Below are positions 1 to 7,805 of a DNA stretch of 32,000 bases, in pieces (position 1 is the stretch's first letter; each line of letters begins with the position of its first letter). Position numbers and translations under genes: made by a program. Under the pieces are notes generated by a model, which saw only the letters and a program-made list of their open reading frames with translations, was not told where the DNA came from and made no database searches. Source of the stretch: Okeania sp. (GTDB lineage Bacteria > Cyanobacteriota > Cyanobacteriia > Cyanobacteriales > Microcoleaceae); NCBI RefSeq assembly GCF_035285525.1, contig NZ_JAYKGW010000244.1, forward strand, positions 1 through 32,000. The letters are read 5' to 3'.

Positions 1-137
1 TCTGCACAAAATATCTAGGGGCGGGTTTATATAAATCCTAGAATCAGCATGAAAATTTCTGCACAAAATATCTAGGGGCGGGTTTATATAAATCCTAGAA
101 TCAGCATGAAAATTTCTGCACAAACCCGCCCCTACTA
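1..137. repeat. Tandem 57-bp duplication of a small hairpin MITE-like element (family C; terminal inverted repeat TAGGGGCGGGTTT / AAACCCGCCCCTA); may continue left of the window
   Basis: Bases 1-57 and 58-114 are identical. A third partial unit (115-137) closes the inverted repeat at 122-134. The same element occurs at 12244-12305 and, inverted, at 14097-14158. Confidence 0.9.
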
Positions 138-138
138 T

Positions 139-472
139 TTAACAAACTGCCAACTCGCCGATCTTGCGTGTTTCTGGATGATAAAATCCTCAAACAATTT
201 TGTCCTTGGGAACTCCTGCTGCTAATAATTCTCCTGCTATACCATCTTCCATGCCATCGCCATGAATCCAAATTTTATCATCTATAATTTCCAGATGAAG
301 TATGCAACCATGAACCATTTTATGACCCTCTACTTCCATAATCATTAATAAATAACGGTTCTCTTCTCTATCAAAAACGGTTTTTTTCTACTTCGCTACT
401 ATAATAGCGTAATTGAGTGTATTCGCTGATTATTTTCTCAATTATTTCTTGATATTTAGTGATGGTATCCAT
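139..472 (-). pseudogene. xisI: xisI-like (element excision factor XisI family) pseudogene with one frameshift and one in-frame stop
   Basis: The minus-strand ATG at 470-472 gives MDTITKYQEIIEKIISEYTQLRYYSSEVEKNRF, then TGA (371-373). Shifting one base inside the A7 run (381-387) continues TVFDREENRYLLMIMEVEGHKMVHGCILHLEIIDDKIWIHGDGMEDGIAGELLAAGVPKDKIV. An in-frame TGA follows (190-192), then GFYHPETRKIGELAVC and TAA (139-141). The total is 334 nt, i.e. 111 codons plus one extra base. The reconstructed protein follows the XisI pattern as I recall it (..VE..FD.E.D.Y...HG...HL.I.D.KIWI...G.E..IA.EL...GVPK..IVLGFH.P..R..T.FAV). No xisH partner is adjacent. Confidence 0.75.
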
Positions 473-525
473 TTAATAATTACCTCCTCTGATTTATTGA
501 AAACTAATAAATTTAAGCGACAGAT

Positions 526-1080
526 TTACTCGAATACTGGCGGCCAAATTTCTGATATTGGTAGTTCCCAACCAGGTAATAATTCCGGGATAGTCAATTT
601 ATCTTCATTGGTTAAAAGTATCGGTTCTCCAGAAGCACGATATACGGTTACAGTCAAGTTTTTGGGGTCTACTAAAATCCCCACTTGAGAGCCTAATTCA
701 ATAAATCTTTGGAGTTTTTCAACCAGAGGTTTAATGTTATCCGATGCTGACCTGACTTCGATAGTTAAGTCAGGAACAATTTCGGCAAAAGCACGGGGCG
801 CTCGACGCATTTTGGCAGCAGGAACAAAGGATACATCAGGACCGCGTAAGTTGCCATCTGGGAGACGAAAACCTGCACTAGAGGCCGTAACATAACCTAG
901 AGCTTTTGGTATTACCCAGTTTTGTAAGAAAAATATTAACCGAGCGACAATAACTTCGGAAACGTAGTCTGATAATCCCATGATGATAATTTGACCGTCA
1001 ACTAATTCGGTGCGGTAGTCTAGATGGGCTTCTGTTAGTTGTGTTTGGACTTTTTCTAAGTCTGCAACTGTTAGAGACAT
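526..1080 (-). CDS. Uma2-family (DUF820) putative endonuclease
   Basis: This is the ORF-track frame 526..1167. I place the start at the internal ATG 1078-1080 (MSLTVADLEK...) because GGAG lies 7 nt upstream and the product is then 184 aa, typical for the family. The PDLTIEVRSASD motif and overall pattern match the Uma2-family proteins abundant in cyanobacteria. Confidence 0.8.
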   Translation of the reverse strand: MSLTVADLEKVQTQLTEAHLDYRTELVDGQIIIMGLSDYVSEVIVARLIFFLQNWVIPKALGYVTASSAGFRLPDGNLRGPDVSFVPAAKMRRAPRAFAEIVPDLTIEVRSASDNIKPLVEKLQRFIELGSQVGILVDPKNLTVTVYRASGEPILLTNEDKLTIPELLPGWELPISEIWPPVFE

Positions 1081-1190
1081 AAGGCATCTCCTATTACTAT
1101 TTGAGACTGTTGCTGGGATTATACCAGAAAATTTCTTGATAATGCAATATAAGTTATCAGTTATCACAAAAATACAACCCAGTTGGTATC

Positions 1191-1277
1191 TTTCTAAGAA
1201 AATGTTTGATTTTTAGGTGAACCCAGAAACCGGATTTATTTGCGTAACTCCTATTTCTAAGAAAATGTTTAATTTTT
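1191..1277. repeat. 24-nt direct repeats flanking a 39-bp family-A MITE fragment
   Basis: TTTCTAAGAAAATGTTTGATTTTT (1191-1214) and TTTCTAAGAAAATGTTTAATTTTT (1254-1277) differ at one base. They bracket AGGTGAACCCAGAAACCGGATTTATTTGCGTAACTCCTA (1215-1253). Confidence 0.85.
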
Positions 1278-1372
1278 TTGGCAAAAGAACAGAAGATTAA
1301 CTTTGTGGTGTTATATTAACAAAGTAAGAACAGCCAAATAATATCCAAAACCTTATCAGTGGAGGAAAAACC

Positions 1373-3955
1373 ATGCTCGATGACAGTGAATCTCTCAATC
1401 TAATGCCCACTTTCGGACTGGAACAAATGGACTCTTTCCCACCTGTAACTTTTGTGGGGGAAGTATCTGTAGAAACACAGACAGCAGTGGGGATAATTGA
1501 ACAAGCGTTAACAGAAGTTCAGAATAATTTAACAAACTTTGCTACTGCTTCAACTTTTGAGACGGATATATTAACAGTCTTTGGGGAGTCGCTAGATGTT
1601 GATTTGGGAGAAACAATTATTGATGCTTTGGCAGTTGGTGAGGATTTGCCCCAAATAATTGTAGCGCCAGCAGAACAGATGAATGGTGCAGCGGGGGGTT
1701 TTGATTCTCTGAATGGTACGGTGTATTTGGCGGATAGTTTAATTAACCAGGGTTTTCTGCCAGTTGCGGATGTATTGGTGGAAGAGTTCGGACATTTGGT
1801 TGACTCCAAGTTGAATATAATAGATACTCCAGGAGATGAGGGAGCGTGGTTTGCAGCCAAGGTTCGTGGTGATGTTTTGAGTGATGAGGATGTGGCGCAG
1901 TTGCAGCAGGAAGATGATAGAATGAGAATTTTTGGTGTGTTGGTTGAGGTGGAGGCAAATACAAGTTTAGTTCCTGGAGTGATTAGGGATCAAATTGGTC
2001 AACTTCTAGAGCGAGATACCTTTACTTTTCAAGGTCAAGCAGGGGATGTAATTAATCTGGGGTTACAGCATGAAACTTCGGGTATCGAACTATTGCTATT
2101 AGACCCTAATAATTCGGAACTCAGCTCGTTCGATATTTCTCGGTATTCTTCTTTCAAGGAAACTGGCGATATCACTTTAACCCAAAGCGGAACTTATACA
2201 ATAATTATTGATGGCAGCGGTGCTAGTACGGGAGACTACACTTTGGCTTTGGATACAATGGAGTCAAAATCAGCAACTCCCATATCTGGAAACGGTACTT
2301 TGACTGGCACTATTAACTTTATGGTAGAGCAAGATAACTATACTTTTCAAGGTCAAGCAGGGAATGTAATTAATCTAGGGTTACAGCATGAAACTTCGGG
2401 TATCGAACTATTGCTATTAGACCCTAATAACTCGGAACTCAGCTCGTTCGATATTTCTCGGTATTCTTCTTTCAAGGAAACTGGTAACATCACCTTAACC
2501 CAAAACGGAGCTTACACGGTAATTATTGATGGTAGCGGTGCTAGTACGGGAGACTACACTTTAACATGGTTTGGTTTACCTGATGTTACATCTACTACCC
2601 CTAAACTATCCATCAGCGATACCAAAATTCCCGAAGGCGATCGGGGTAGTAAAAATGCTCAATTTACCGTCAGTATGGATACTCCCACCAGTCAAACGGT
2701 GACGGTAAACTACGCAACCGCTAACCAAACCGCCAAAGCAAATCAAGACTACAAAACAACTAAAGGCACACTTACTTTCCAACCAGGAGAAACTACTAAA
2801 ACTATTGATGTGCCAATCTTGGGTGACACTAAAGCTGAACCCAACGAAAAATTCCAACTCCAACTCAGCAAACCCCAAAACGCTAAACTTAAGGATAAAG
2901 TAGGTATCGCGACTATTACCAATGATGATAAAACTCAACCCAATATTTCTGTGAGCGATACCAAAATAGTTGAAGGCGATCGAGGTCGCAAAAACGCTAA
3001 ATTCCAAGTCACCCTTGATGCTAAGTCTGATGACACCGTCAAGGTTAACTACGCAACTGCTAACCAAACTGCGAAAGCGAACCAAGATTACAAAACAACT
3101 AAAGGTATTCTCACTTTCAAACCTGGTGAAACCAAAAAGACCATAACCGTTCCTATCTTCGGAGATGACAAGATTGAACCCAACGAAACTTTCAACCTCA
3201 ACCTGAGCAAACCTAAAAATGCTCAAATAAAAGACAAACGAGGTATCGGTACTATCCGCAATAACGATTTCGCTAGGGTTTCTATTCAAGATGCCGAAAT
3301 AACTGAAGGGGATAATGGCAAAAAACAACTAAAATTTGATGTCACCCTTGATGCTAAAGCTAAGGAAAAGGTAGAGGTGAGTTACGCTACCGCCGACAGA
3401 ACTGCGAAAAAAGGTTCGGACTACGAACAAACTCAAGGTAAACTCGTTTTCAAACCGAATCAGAAGAAAAAGACGGTGACTATTCCTATTTTGGGGGATT
3501 TATCTCAGGAAGATACTGAAAATTTTATTGTTAATCTCAGTAAACCTAAAAATGCTAAGTTGGGAGATAAACGCGCTATTGGTACGATTAAGGATAATGA
3601 CAACAGCATTGGTGGCGGTAGTTTCCAGACCGCTATAGATTTAGGTAAACTCACAGAAGAAAAAGTTATAGTTGACGAAATAGGTTTTAGCGAAGCAGGC
3701 GATCGCGATACCAATGATTTCTACCGCTTTGAAACTAAGAGGGAAGGCAGATTTTTCTTATTCCTGGATGATATGTCACAAGATGCCAATGTTGAACTTT
3801 ATGGCAGTAGCGAAGAATTGATCAATCAATCTAAAAACGACGACATTGAACGAGAAAAAATTGACACCATTTTAGATCCTGGTACCTATTATGTCCGGGT
3901 ATATCCTCATGTAGGGGCTCGCACTGATTATCGTTTGAGTTTGAATTTGATTTAA
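1373..3955 (+). CDS. Large repeat protein: shared N-terminal module + 2 PPC-like repeats + 3 Calx-beta repeats + C-terminal PPC-like domain (putative Ca-binding surface/extracellular protein)
   Basis: ATG with GGAGG 7 nt upstream; 860-aa ORF. By-eye domain parse follows. The N-module (about nt 1373-1970) is shared with the 4385..7525 protein. There are two near-identical ~106-aa repeats (..F.GQAG.VINLGLQHETSGIELLLLDPNNSEL..GTYTIIIDGSGASTGDYTL). Three Calx-beta-like units lie at about 2606-3600 (I.D..I.EGD.G.KNA.F.V.LD......V.VNYATANQTAKANQDY..TKG.LTF.PGET.KTI.VPI.GD...EPNE.F.L.LSKP.NA). The C-terminal PPC-like domain reads DTNDFYRF...DANVELYG...PGTYYVRVYP...DYRLSL. There is no N-terminal hydrophobic signal-like segment. 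Confidence 0.9.
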   Translation: MLDDSESLNLMPTFGLEQMDSFPPVTFVGEVSVETQTAVGIIEQALTEVQNNLTNFATASTFETDILTVFGESLDVDLGETIIDALAVGEDLPQIIVAPAEQMNGAAGGFDSLNGTVYLADSLINQGFLPVADVLVEEFGHLVDSKLNIIDTPGDEGAWFAAKVRGDVLSDEDVAQLQQEDDRMRIFGVLVEVEANTSLVPGVIRDQIGQLLERDTFTFQGQAGDVINLGLQHETSGIELLLLDPNNSELSSFDISRYSSFKETGDITLTQSGTYTIIIDGSGASTGDYTLALDTMESKSATPISGNGTLTGTINFMVEQDNYTFQGQAGNVINLGLQHETSGIELLLLDPNNSELSSFDISRYSSFKETGNITLTQNGAYTVIIDGSGASTGDYTLTWFGLPDVTSTTPKLSISDTKIPEGDRGSKNAQFTVSMDTPTSQTVTVNYATANQTAKANQDYKTTKGTLTFQPGETTKTIDVPILGDTKAEPNEKFQLQLSKPQNAKLKDKVGIATITNDDKTQPNISVSDTKIVEGDRGRKNAKFQVTLDAKSDDTVKVNYATANQTAKANQDYKTTKGILTFKPGETKKTITVPIFGDDKIEPNETFNLNLSKPKNAQIKDKRGIGTIRNNDFARVSIQDAEITEGDNGKKQLKFDVTLDAKAKEKVEVSYATADRTAKKGSDYEQTQGKLVFKPNQKKKTVTIPILGDLSQEDTENFIVNLSKPKNAKLGDKRAIGTIKDNDNSIGGGSFQTAIDLGKLTEEKVIVDEIGFSEAGDRDTNDFYRFETKREGRFFLFLDDMSQDANVELYGSSEELINQSKNDDIEREKIDTILDPGTYYVRVYPHVGARTDYRLSLNLI
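2023..2562 (+). repeat. Intragenic tandem duplication, 318-nt period, two 222-bp cores almost identical at nucleotide level
   Basis: TACTTTTCAAGGTCAAGCAG...GGGAGACTACACTTT occurs at 2023-2244 and again at 2341-2562, with only a handful of substitutions by eye. Confidence 0.9.
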
Positions 3956-3961
3956 TTAACC

Positions 3962-4029
3962 AGGAGTTATGCAAAGAAACCCGGTTTCTTGTAGAAACTG
4001 GGTTTCTGGGTTTGTATTGTGTAACTCCT
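3962..4029. mobile_element. MITE-like element, family A variant (ends AGGAGTTATGCA / TGTGTAACTCCT; internal GAAACCCGGTTTC palindromes)
   Basis: It begins 6 nt after the stop of 1373..3955. Terminal inverted repeats and GAAACCCGGTTTCT / GAAACTGGGTTTCT cores are visible. Family members recur at 8 other loci in this window. Confidence 0.75.
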
Positions 4030-4047
4030 TTTAAGTAATTGATAATC

Positions 4048-4137
4048 AGGACTTACGCAACTGCAAGGGATTTTACATTGCGACCGAAGGGAAGCAATCT
4101 CAAGCCCCTGTTTTTTGTAGCTCATGGCTTTAGTCCT
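4048..4137. mobile_element. MITE-like element with ends AGGACTTACGCA / GGCTTTAGTCCT
   Basis: The 5' end AGGACTTACGCA and the 3' end CATGGCTTTAGTCCT (reverse complement AGGACTAAAGCCATG) match the termini of elements at 12009-12110, 25227-25328 and 26806-26917. Confidence 0.6.
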
Positions 4138-4227
4138 AATAATTTAAAATTTTGCTGAAATTGCAATCTAATCCAGCGATCGCTACAAAACTAAAATTGT
4201 GGTTTAGGAGCTAGGAAGTGGGGAAGA

Positions 4228-4297
4228 CCTCTCCCCCAACCCCTCTCCTGCAAGGAGAGGGGAGAAATGCTCCCGGTTGGGGGGTTAGGTTTTTTCT
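4228..4297. repeat. Dispersed G/C-tract hairpin repeat (family D)
   Basis: The unit reads CTCCCCCAACCCCTCTCCTGCAAGGAGAGGGGAG...GGTTGGGGGGTTAGGTTTTTT. The CCCCTCTCC/GGAGAGGGG hairpin and the GGTTGGGGGGTTAGGTTTTT tail recur at 23943-24010. A related hairpin CCCCCTTTGAAAGGGGG lies near 29410-29470. Confidence 0.6.
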
Positions 4298-4384
4298 CAA
4301 TACCCCCTTGATATTCTACCGAACATAGTGTATAAGAATATGGATGCCAAATAATATCCAAAATCTACCAGTAGAAGAAAAACT

Positions 4385-7300
4385 ATGATGAATGACACCG
4401 AATTTCTCGATATAACGCCCGTCCTCGGACTACAACAAATCCACAATATGCCAGATATAGCTTTTCTAGGGGAAGTATCTGTAGAATCAGAGACAACAGT
4501 GGAAATAATTGAAAAAGCGTTAGCAGAAGTTCAGAATAATTTAATAGACTTTGCTACTGCTTCAACTTTTGAGATGGATATATTAACTGTGTTTGGGGAG
4601 TCAGTGGATGTTGATTTAGCAGAAACAATTATTGATGCTTTGGCAGTTGGTGAGGAGTTACCCCAAATAATTGTGGCGTCCGCAGAAGAGATGAATGGTG
4701 CAGCGGGTGGTCTTGATTCTATGAATGGTACGGTGTATTTGGCGGATAGTTTGATTAATGAGGGTTTTTTGCCTGTTGCGGATGTATTGGTGGAAGAGTT
4801 CGGACATTTGGTTGATTCGGAGTTGAATACAATAGATACTCCTGGAGATGAGGGGGAATGGTTTGCAGCCAAAGTTCGTGGTGATGTTTTGAGTGAGGAA
4901 GATGTGGCGCGGTTGCAGCAGGAAGATGATAAAATTAGGATTTTTGGTGGGTTAGTTGAGGTGGAGGCAAACACTTCAAAGGTATTCTCTTTAGATGACA
5001 GTAAGATTTTCAGTGGCGTTTTAAACGAATCTAATCAGACAGATTACTATCGTTTTGAACTCAGAAATGTTTCAGATTTCAGTGCCTATTTGTATGGATT
5101 GACTGGCGACGCAAATGTGTACCTTTATCCAGATTACAATAACAATGGTGTAGTTGATTCTGATGAAAGTTATTTAACTTACAGCAATAACGGTGGTACA
5201 AGTGCTGAATCTATAAGCGCAAGGCTGCCAGCTAACAACTATTTGGTAAGGGTTAGTAGCACTAACTTAGCAGAGTACCAACTTCGGCTTGTGAACGAAA
5301 CCGAAAGTGCTATAAACGTCGGTAATTTAAGGAGTGAGGTTATTTACAGCAAGGATAGCTTGCCGATCAAAGGTACACCTGACAAAACAGATTATTACCG
5401 CTTCGAGCTGAAAAAGGCTTCAGACTTCAGCGCTTATTTGTATGAATTGACTGGTGATGTCAATGTGTATCTTTATCCCGACTACAACGACAACGGTGTG
5501 ATTGATTCTGACGAAGGTTATTTGACTTACGGTAATAATGGTGGAACAACTGCCGAGTCTGTAACTGAAAGATTATCTGCTGGAAAATACTTAGTAAAAG
5601 TTAGCGGCGACTCTTCTACTTCGACAGAATACCAACTGCGACTTGTGAATGAATCTGGTAGCGCTGTCAATGTTGGGAATTTACAAAAAGATGCGATATA
5701 CAAAGATGTTGTTGGGGCAAGAAAACCGACTGATAAAACAGATTATTACCGCTTCGAACTGAAAAAAACTTCATACTTTAGTACTTATTTGTACGGATTG
5801 ACTGGGGATGCTAATATCTACCTTTATCCTGACTACAATGACAATGGTGTAGTTGATTCTGATGAAAGTTATTTAACTTACAGCAATAACGGTGGTACAA
5901 GTGCTGAATCTGCAAGCGCAAGGCTATCTGCAGGTAACTACTTGGTAGGAGTTTATAGCAACTCTTCTGTTTCGACAGAATACCAACTGCGACTTGCGAA
6001 CGAATCTGGTAGTGCTGTAAATGTTGGGAACTTACAAAAAGATGCCATCTACAAAGACATTGTTGGTGAAAGAAACCCAGCTGATAAAATAGATTATTAC
6101 CGCTTTGATCTAAAAAAGGCTTCAGACTTCAGTGCTTCTTTGTATGGGTTGACTGGTGATGCAAATTTGTACCTTTATCCAGATTACAACGGCAATGGTG
6201 TAGTTGACTCTGATGAAAGTTATTTAACTTACAGCAATAACGGTGGTACAAGTGCTGAATCTATAACTACGAGGCTATCTGCGGGTAAATATTTGGTGAG
6301 TGTTTACAGCAGCTCTCCGACTTCTACAGAATATCAACTTCGACTTGTAAATGAATCCAATGGTAGCGGAAACGAAAGTGATATTGTTGAATATCCTGAA
6401 AAAATTCCAGCGACAGTTGAATTTCCTGAAGAAAGGCTCAAACCTATTTCAGTTAACGATACTTCAAAAGGTCAAAACGAAGCAACCCCTAAAATAGCTA
6501 TCAGCAACGCGAACATCACTGAAGGCAACAAAGGTCGCAAAAACGCCAAATTTACTGTCACCCTTGACAATGAAAGTGACAACACAGTTCAAGTAAACTA
6601 CTCAACCGCCAACGATACCGCCAAAGCAGGAAAAGATTACCAGAAAACTAATGGTACTCTTACCTTCAAACCAGGTCAAACCAAAAAGACTATAAAGGTT
6701 CCTATCCTGGGCGACACTATCGAGGAAAGCAACGAAAAATTTAACCTCAACCTCAGCAAACCAAAAAATGCCACACTTTTAGATAAACGAGGCATCGGTA
6801 CTATTCGCAACGATGATAAAACTCTACCCAAAATATCCATTGGCGACGCCCAAATAACCGAAGGCGATAACGGCAAAAAACAACTCAAATTCGACGTTAC
6901 TCTCAGCACTACAGTGAACCAAAGAGTTGAAGTAAATTATGCCACCGCCGACGACACTGCCGAAAAAGGTTCCGACTACCAAAAAACTAAAGGTAAACTC
7001 GTTTTCAAACCCAACCAGAGGAAAAAGACTATAACTGTTCCCATTTTAGGTGATACTCTCCAGGAAGAAGATGAAACCTTCACCGTCAACCTCAGCAAAC
7101 CTAAAAATGCTAAATTGGGAGATAGACGCGCTATTGGTAAAATTAAAGACAATGAAAAAGGAAATCCCAAAAACCCAGATGATGGTGATACCTTTGATGT
7201 TCCCATCAACTTAGGCCAACTTGTGGAGAGAGAGGTAATCACCAATAACATCGGCACTACCGAAGGTCTGTACCGCGACACTGACGACTACTACCGCTTT

Positions 7301-7525
7301 AAAATTAACCGCGAAGGTACTTTACGGGTATTTATGGATAGTTTGTTTGAAGATGCTAACGTGGAATTATTAGGAAGTAAGCAAGAACTGATTAGTCAGT
7401 CAGAAAATGAGGGTTTAGCAGCGGAAGAGATTATTCAAACATTAGACCGTGGCGTTTATTATGTGCGGGTATATCCTAGCGGTGGCGATCGCACTCCTTA
7501 TCGTTTGAGCTTAACCCTGATTTAA
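4385..7525 (+). CDS. Large repeat protein, paralog of 1373..3955: shared N-terminal module + 4 PPC-like repeats with acidic DxNxNGxxDSDE loops + 2 Calx-beta repeats + C-terminal PPC-like domain
   Basis: 1046-aa ORF. The N-terminal ~200 aa are roughly 80-85 percent identical by eye to the 1373..3955 protein, including VLVEEFGHLVDS and DTPGDEG. There are four ~116-aa repeats (DKTDYYRFELKK.SDFSAYLYGLTGDANVYLYPDYNDNGVVDSDESYLTYSNNGGTSAES...YLV.V......EYQLRLVNES). Two Calx-beta-like units lie at about 6490-7150. The C-terminal PPC-like domain reads DTDDYYRF...GVYYVRVYP...PYRLSL. About 45 nt of 5' leader and the 3' flank, including a family-A MITE, are also duplicated. Confidence 0.9.
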   Translation: MMNDTEFLDITPVLGLQQIHNMPDIAFLGEVSVESETTVEIIEKALAEVQNNLIDFATASTFEMDILTVFGESVDVDLAETIIDALAVGEELPQIIVASAEEMNGAAGGLDSMNGTVYLADSLINEGFLPVADVLVEEFGHLVDSELNTIDTPGDEGEWFAAKVRGDVLSEEDVARLQQEDDKIRIFGGLVEVEANTSKVFSLDDSKIFSGVLNESNQTDYYRFELRNVSDFSAYLYGLTGDANVYLYPDYNNNGVVDSDESYLTYSNNGGTSAESISARLPANNYLVRVSSTNLAEYQLRLVNETESAINVGNLRSEVIYSKDSLPIKGTPDKTDYYRFELKKASDFSAYLYELTGDVNVYLYPDYNDNGVIDSDEGYLTYGNNGGTTAESVTERLSAGKYLVKVSGDSSTSTEYQLRLVNESGSAVNVGNLQKDAIYKDVVGARKPTDKTDYYRFELKKTSYFSTYLYGLTGDANIYLYPDYNDNGVVDSDESYLTYSNNGGTSAESASARLSAGNYLVGVYSNSSVSTEYQLRLANESGSAVNVGNLQKDAIYKDIVGERNPADKIDYYRFDLKKASDFSASLYGLTGDANLYLYPDYNGNGVVDSDESYLTYSNNGGTSAESITTRLSAGKYLVSVYSSSPTSTEYQLRLVNESNGSGNESDIVEYPEKIPATVEFPEERLKPISVNDTSKGQNEATPKIAISNANITEGNKGRKNAKFTVTLDNESDNTVQVNYSTANDTAKAGKDYQKTNGTLTFKPGQTKKTIKVPILGDTIEESNEKFNLNLSKPKNATLLDKRGIGTIRNDDKTLPKISIGDAQITEGDNGKKQLKFDVTLSTTVNQRVEVNYATADDTAEKGSDYQKTKGKLVFKPNQRKKTITVPILGDTLQEEDETFTVNLSKPKNAKLGDRRAIGKIKDNEKGNPKNPDDGDTFDVPINLGQLVEREVITNNIGTTEGLYRDTDDYYRFKINREGTLRVFMDSLFEDANVELLGSKQELISQSENEGLAAEEIIQTLDRGVYYVRVYPSGGDRTPYRLSLTLI
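5039..6360 (+). repeat. Four intragenic tandem repeats, 348-351 nt period
   Basis: The unit anchor ACAGATTA(C/T)TA recurs at 5039, 5387 and 5738, with a variant ATAGATTATTA at 6089. Long stretches are shared between units, e.g. GGTGTAGTTGATTCTGATGAAAGTTATTTAACTTACAGCAATAACGGTGGTACAAGTGCTGAATCT. Confidence 0.9.
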
Positions 7526-7531
7526 TAAACT

Positions 7532-7569
7532 AGGAGTTATGGAAAGAAACCCGGTTTTTGGGTAACTTA
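7532..7569. mobile_element. Truncated family-A MITE (same position relative to the stop codon as 3962-4029)
   Basis: AGGAGTTATGGAAAGAAACCCGGTTTTTGGGTAAC starts 6 nt after the stop of 4385..7525 and aligns with the 5' part of 3962-4029. Confidence 0.6.
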
Positions 7570-7805
7570 AATTATAGCACCAGCATCCTGCTTGTTTTAC
7601 CAAACAGGCAAGATGCCTGTGTTACTGGGGGCGATCGCTAAAAACTACTTACCAAAAAATTAAAGTAATCCTTATGGGACTTACCAAAGAATTACAGCCG
7701 TTTTCATTTAGGTGAACCACAGTAGGGAGGTTACATGCAATGTCCCTACTGGATTTTAATTATGGCGATATGGTTCAGGCATTTGAAAAGCACTGTAATA
7801 AGGTT

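Noticed and set aside
1-137. CRISPR array (also considered for 14408-14929 and 12322-12532)
   Set aside because: The repeats are directly abutting duplications without unique spacers of regular length. The units are 57-160 bp with terminal inverted repeats, no cas genes are present, and the same units occur singly elsewhere. This is MITE/tandem-duplication behaviour.
371-390. Programmed ribosomal frameshift at the A7 run in xisI
   Set aside because: A second independent lesion (in-frame TGA at 190-192) makes simple gene decay, or a homopolymer sequencing error plus a nonsense mutation, the more economical explanation.
413-688. Plus-strand 91-aa ORF overlapping the xisI start and the Uma2 3' end
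   Set aside because: It runs antisense to two recognisable genes and has no recognisable motifs. It is a shadow ORF.
1780-1800. Zincin metalloprotease active site in the shared N-terminal module
   Set aside because: The motif is E-E-F-G-H, not HExxH or HxxEH, and no second His or third ligand pattern is evident. Metal binding remains only a speculation.
1519-7281. Antisense or alternative-frame ORFs inside the two large repeat-protein genes (1519..1860, 1743..1964, 2606..3328, 3505..3714, 4531..4974, 6676..6909, 6976..7281)
   Set aside because: All lie wholly within, and opposite to, long ORFs with clear Calx-beta/PPC domain signatures. Their translations are low-complexity (S/P/F-rich). 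The apparent conservation between 1519..1860 and 4531..4974 simply mirrors the paralogy of the sense strand.
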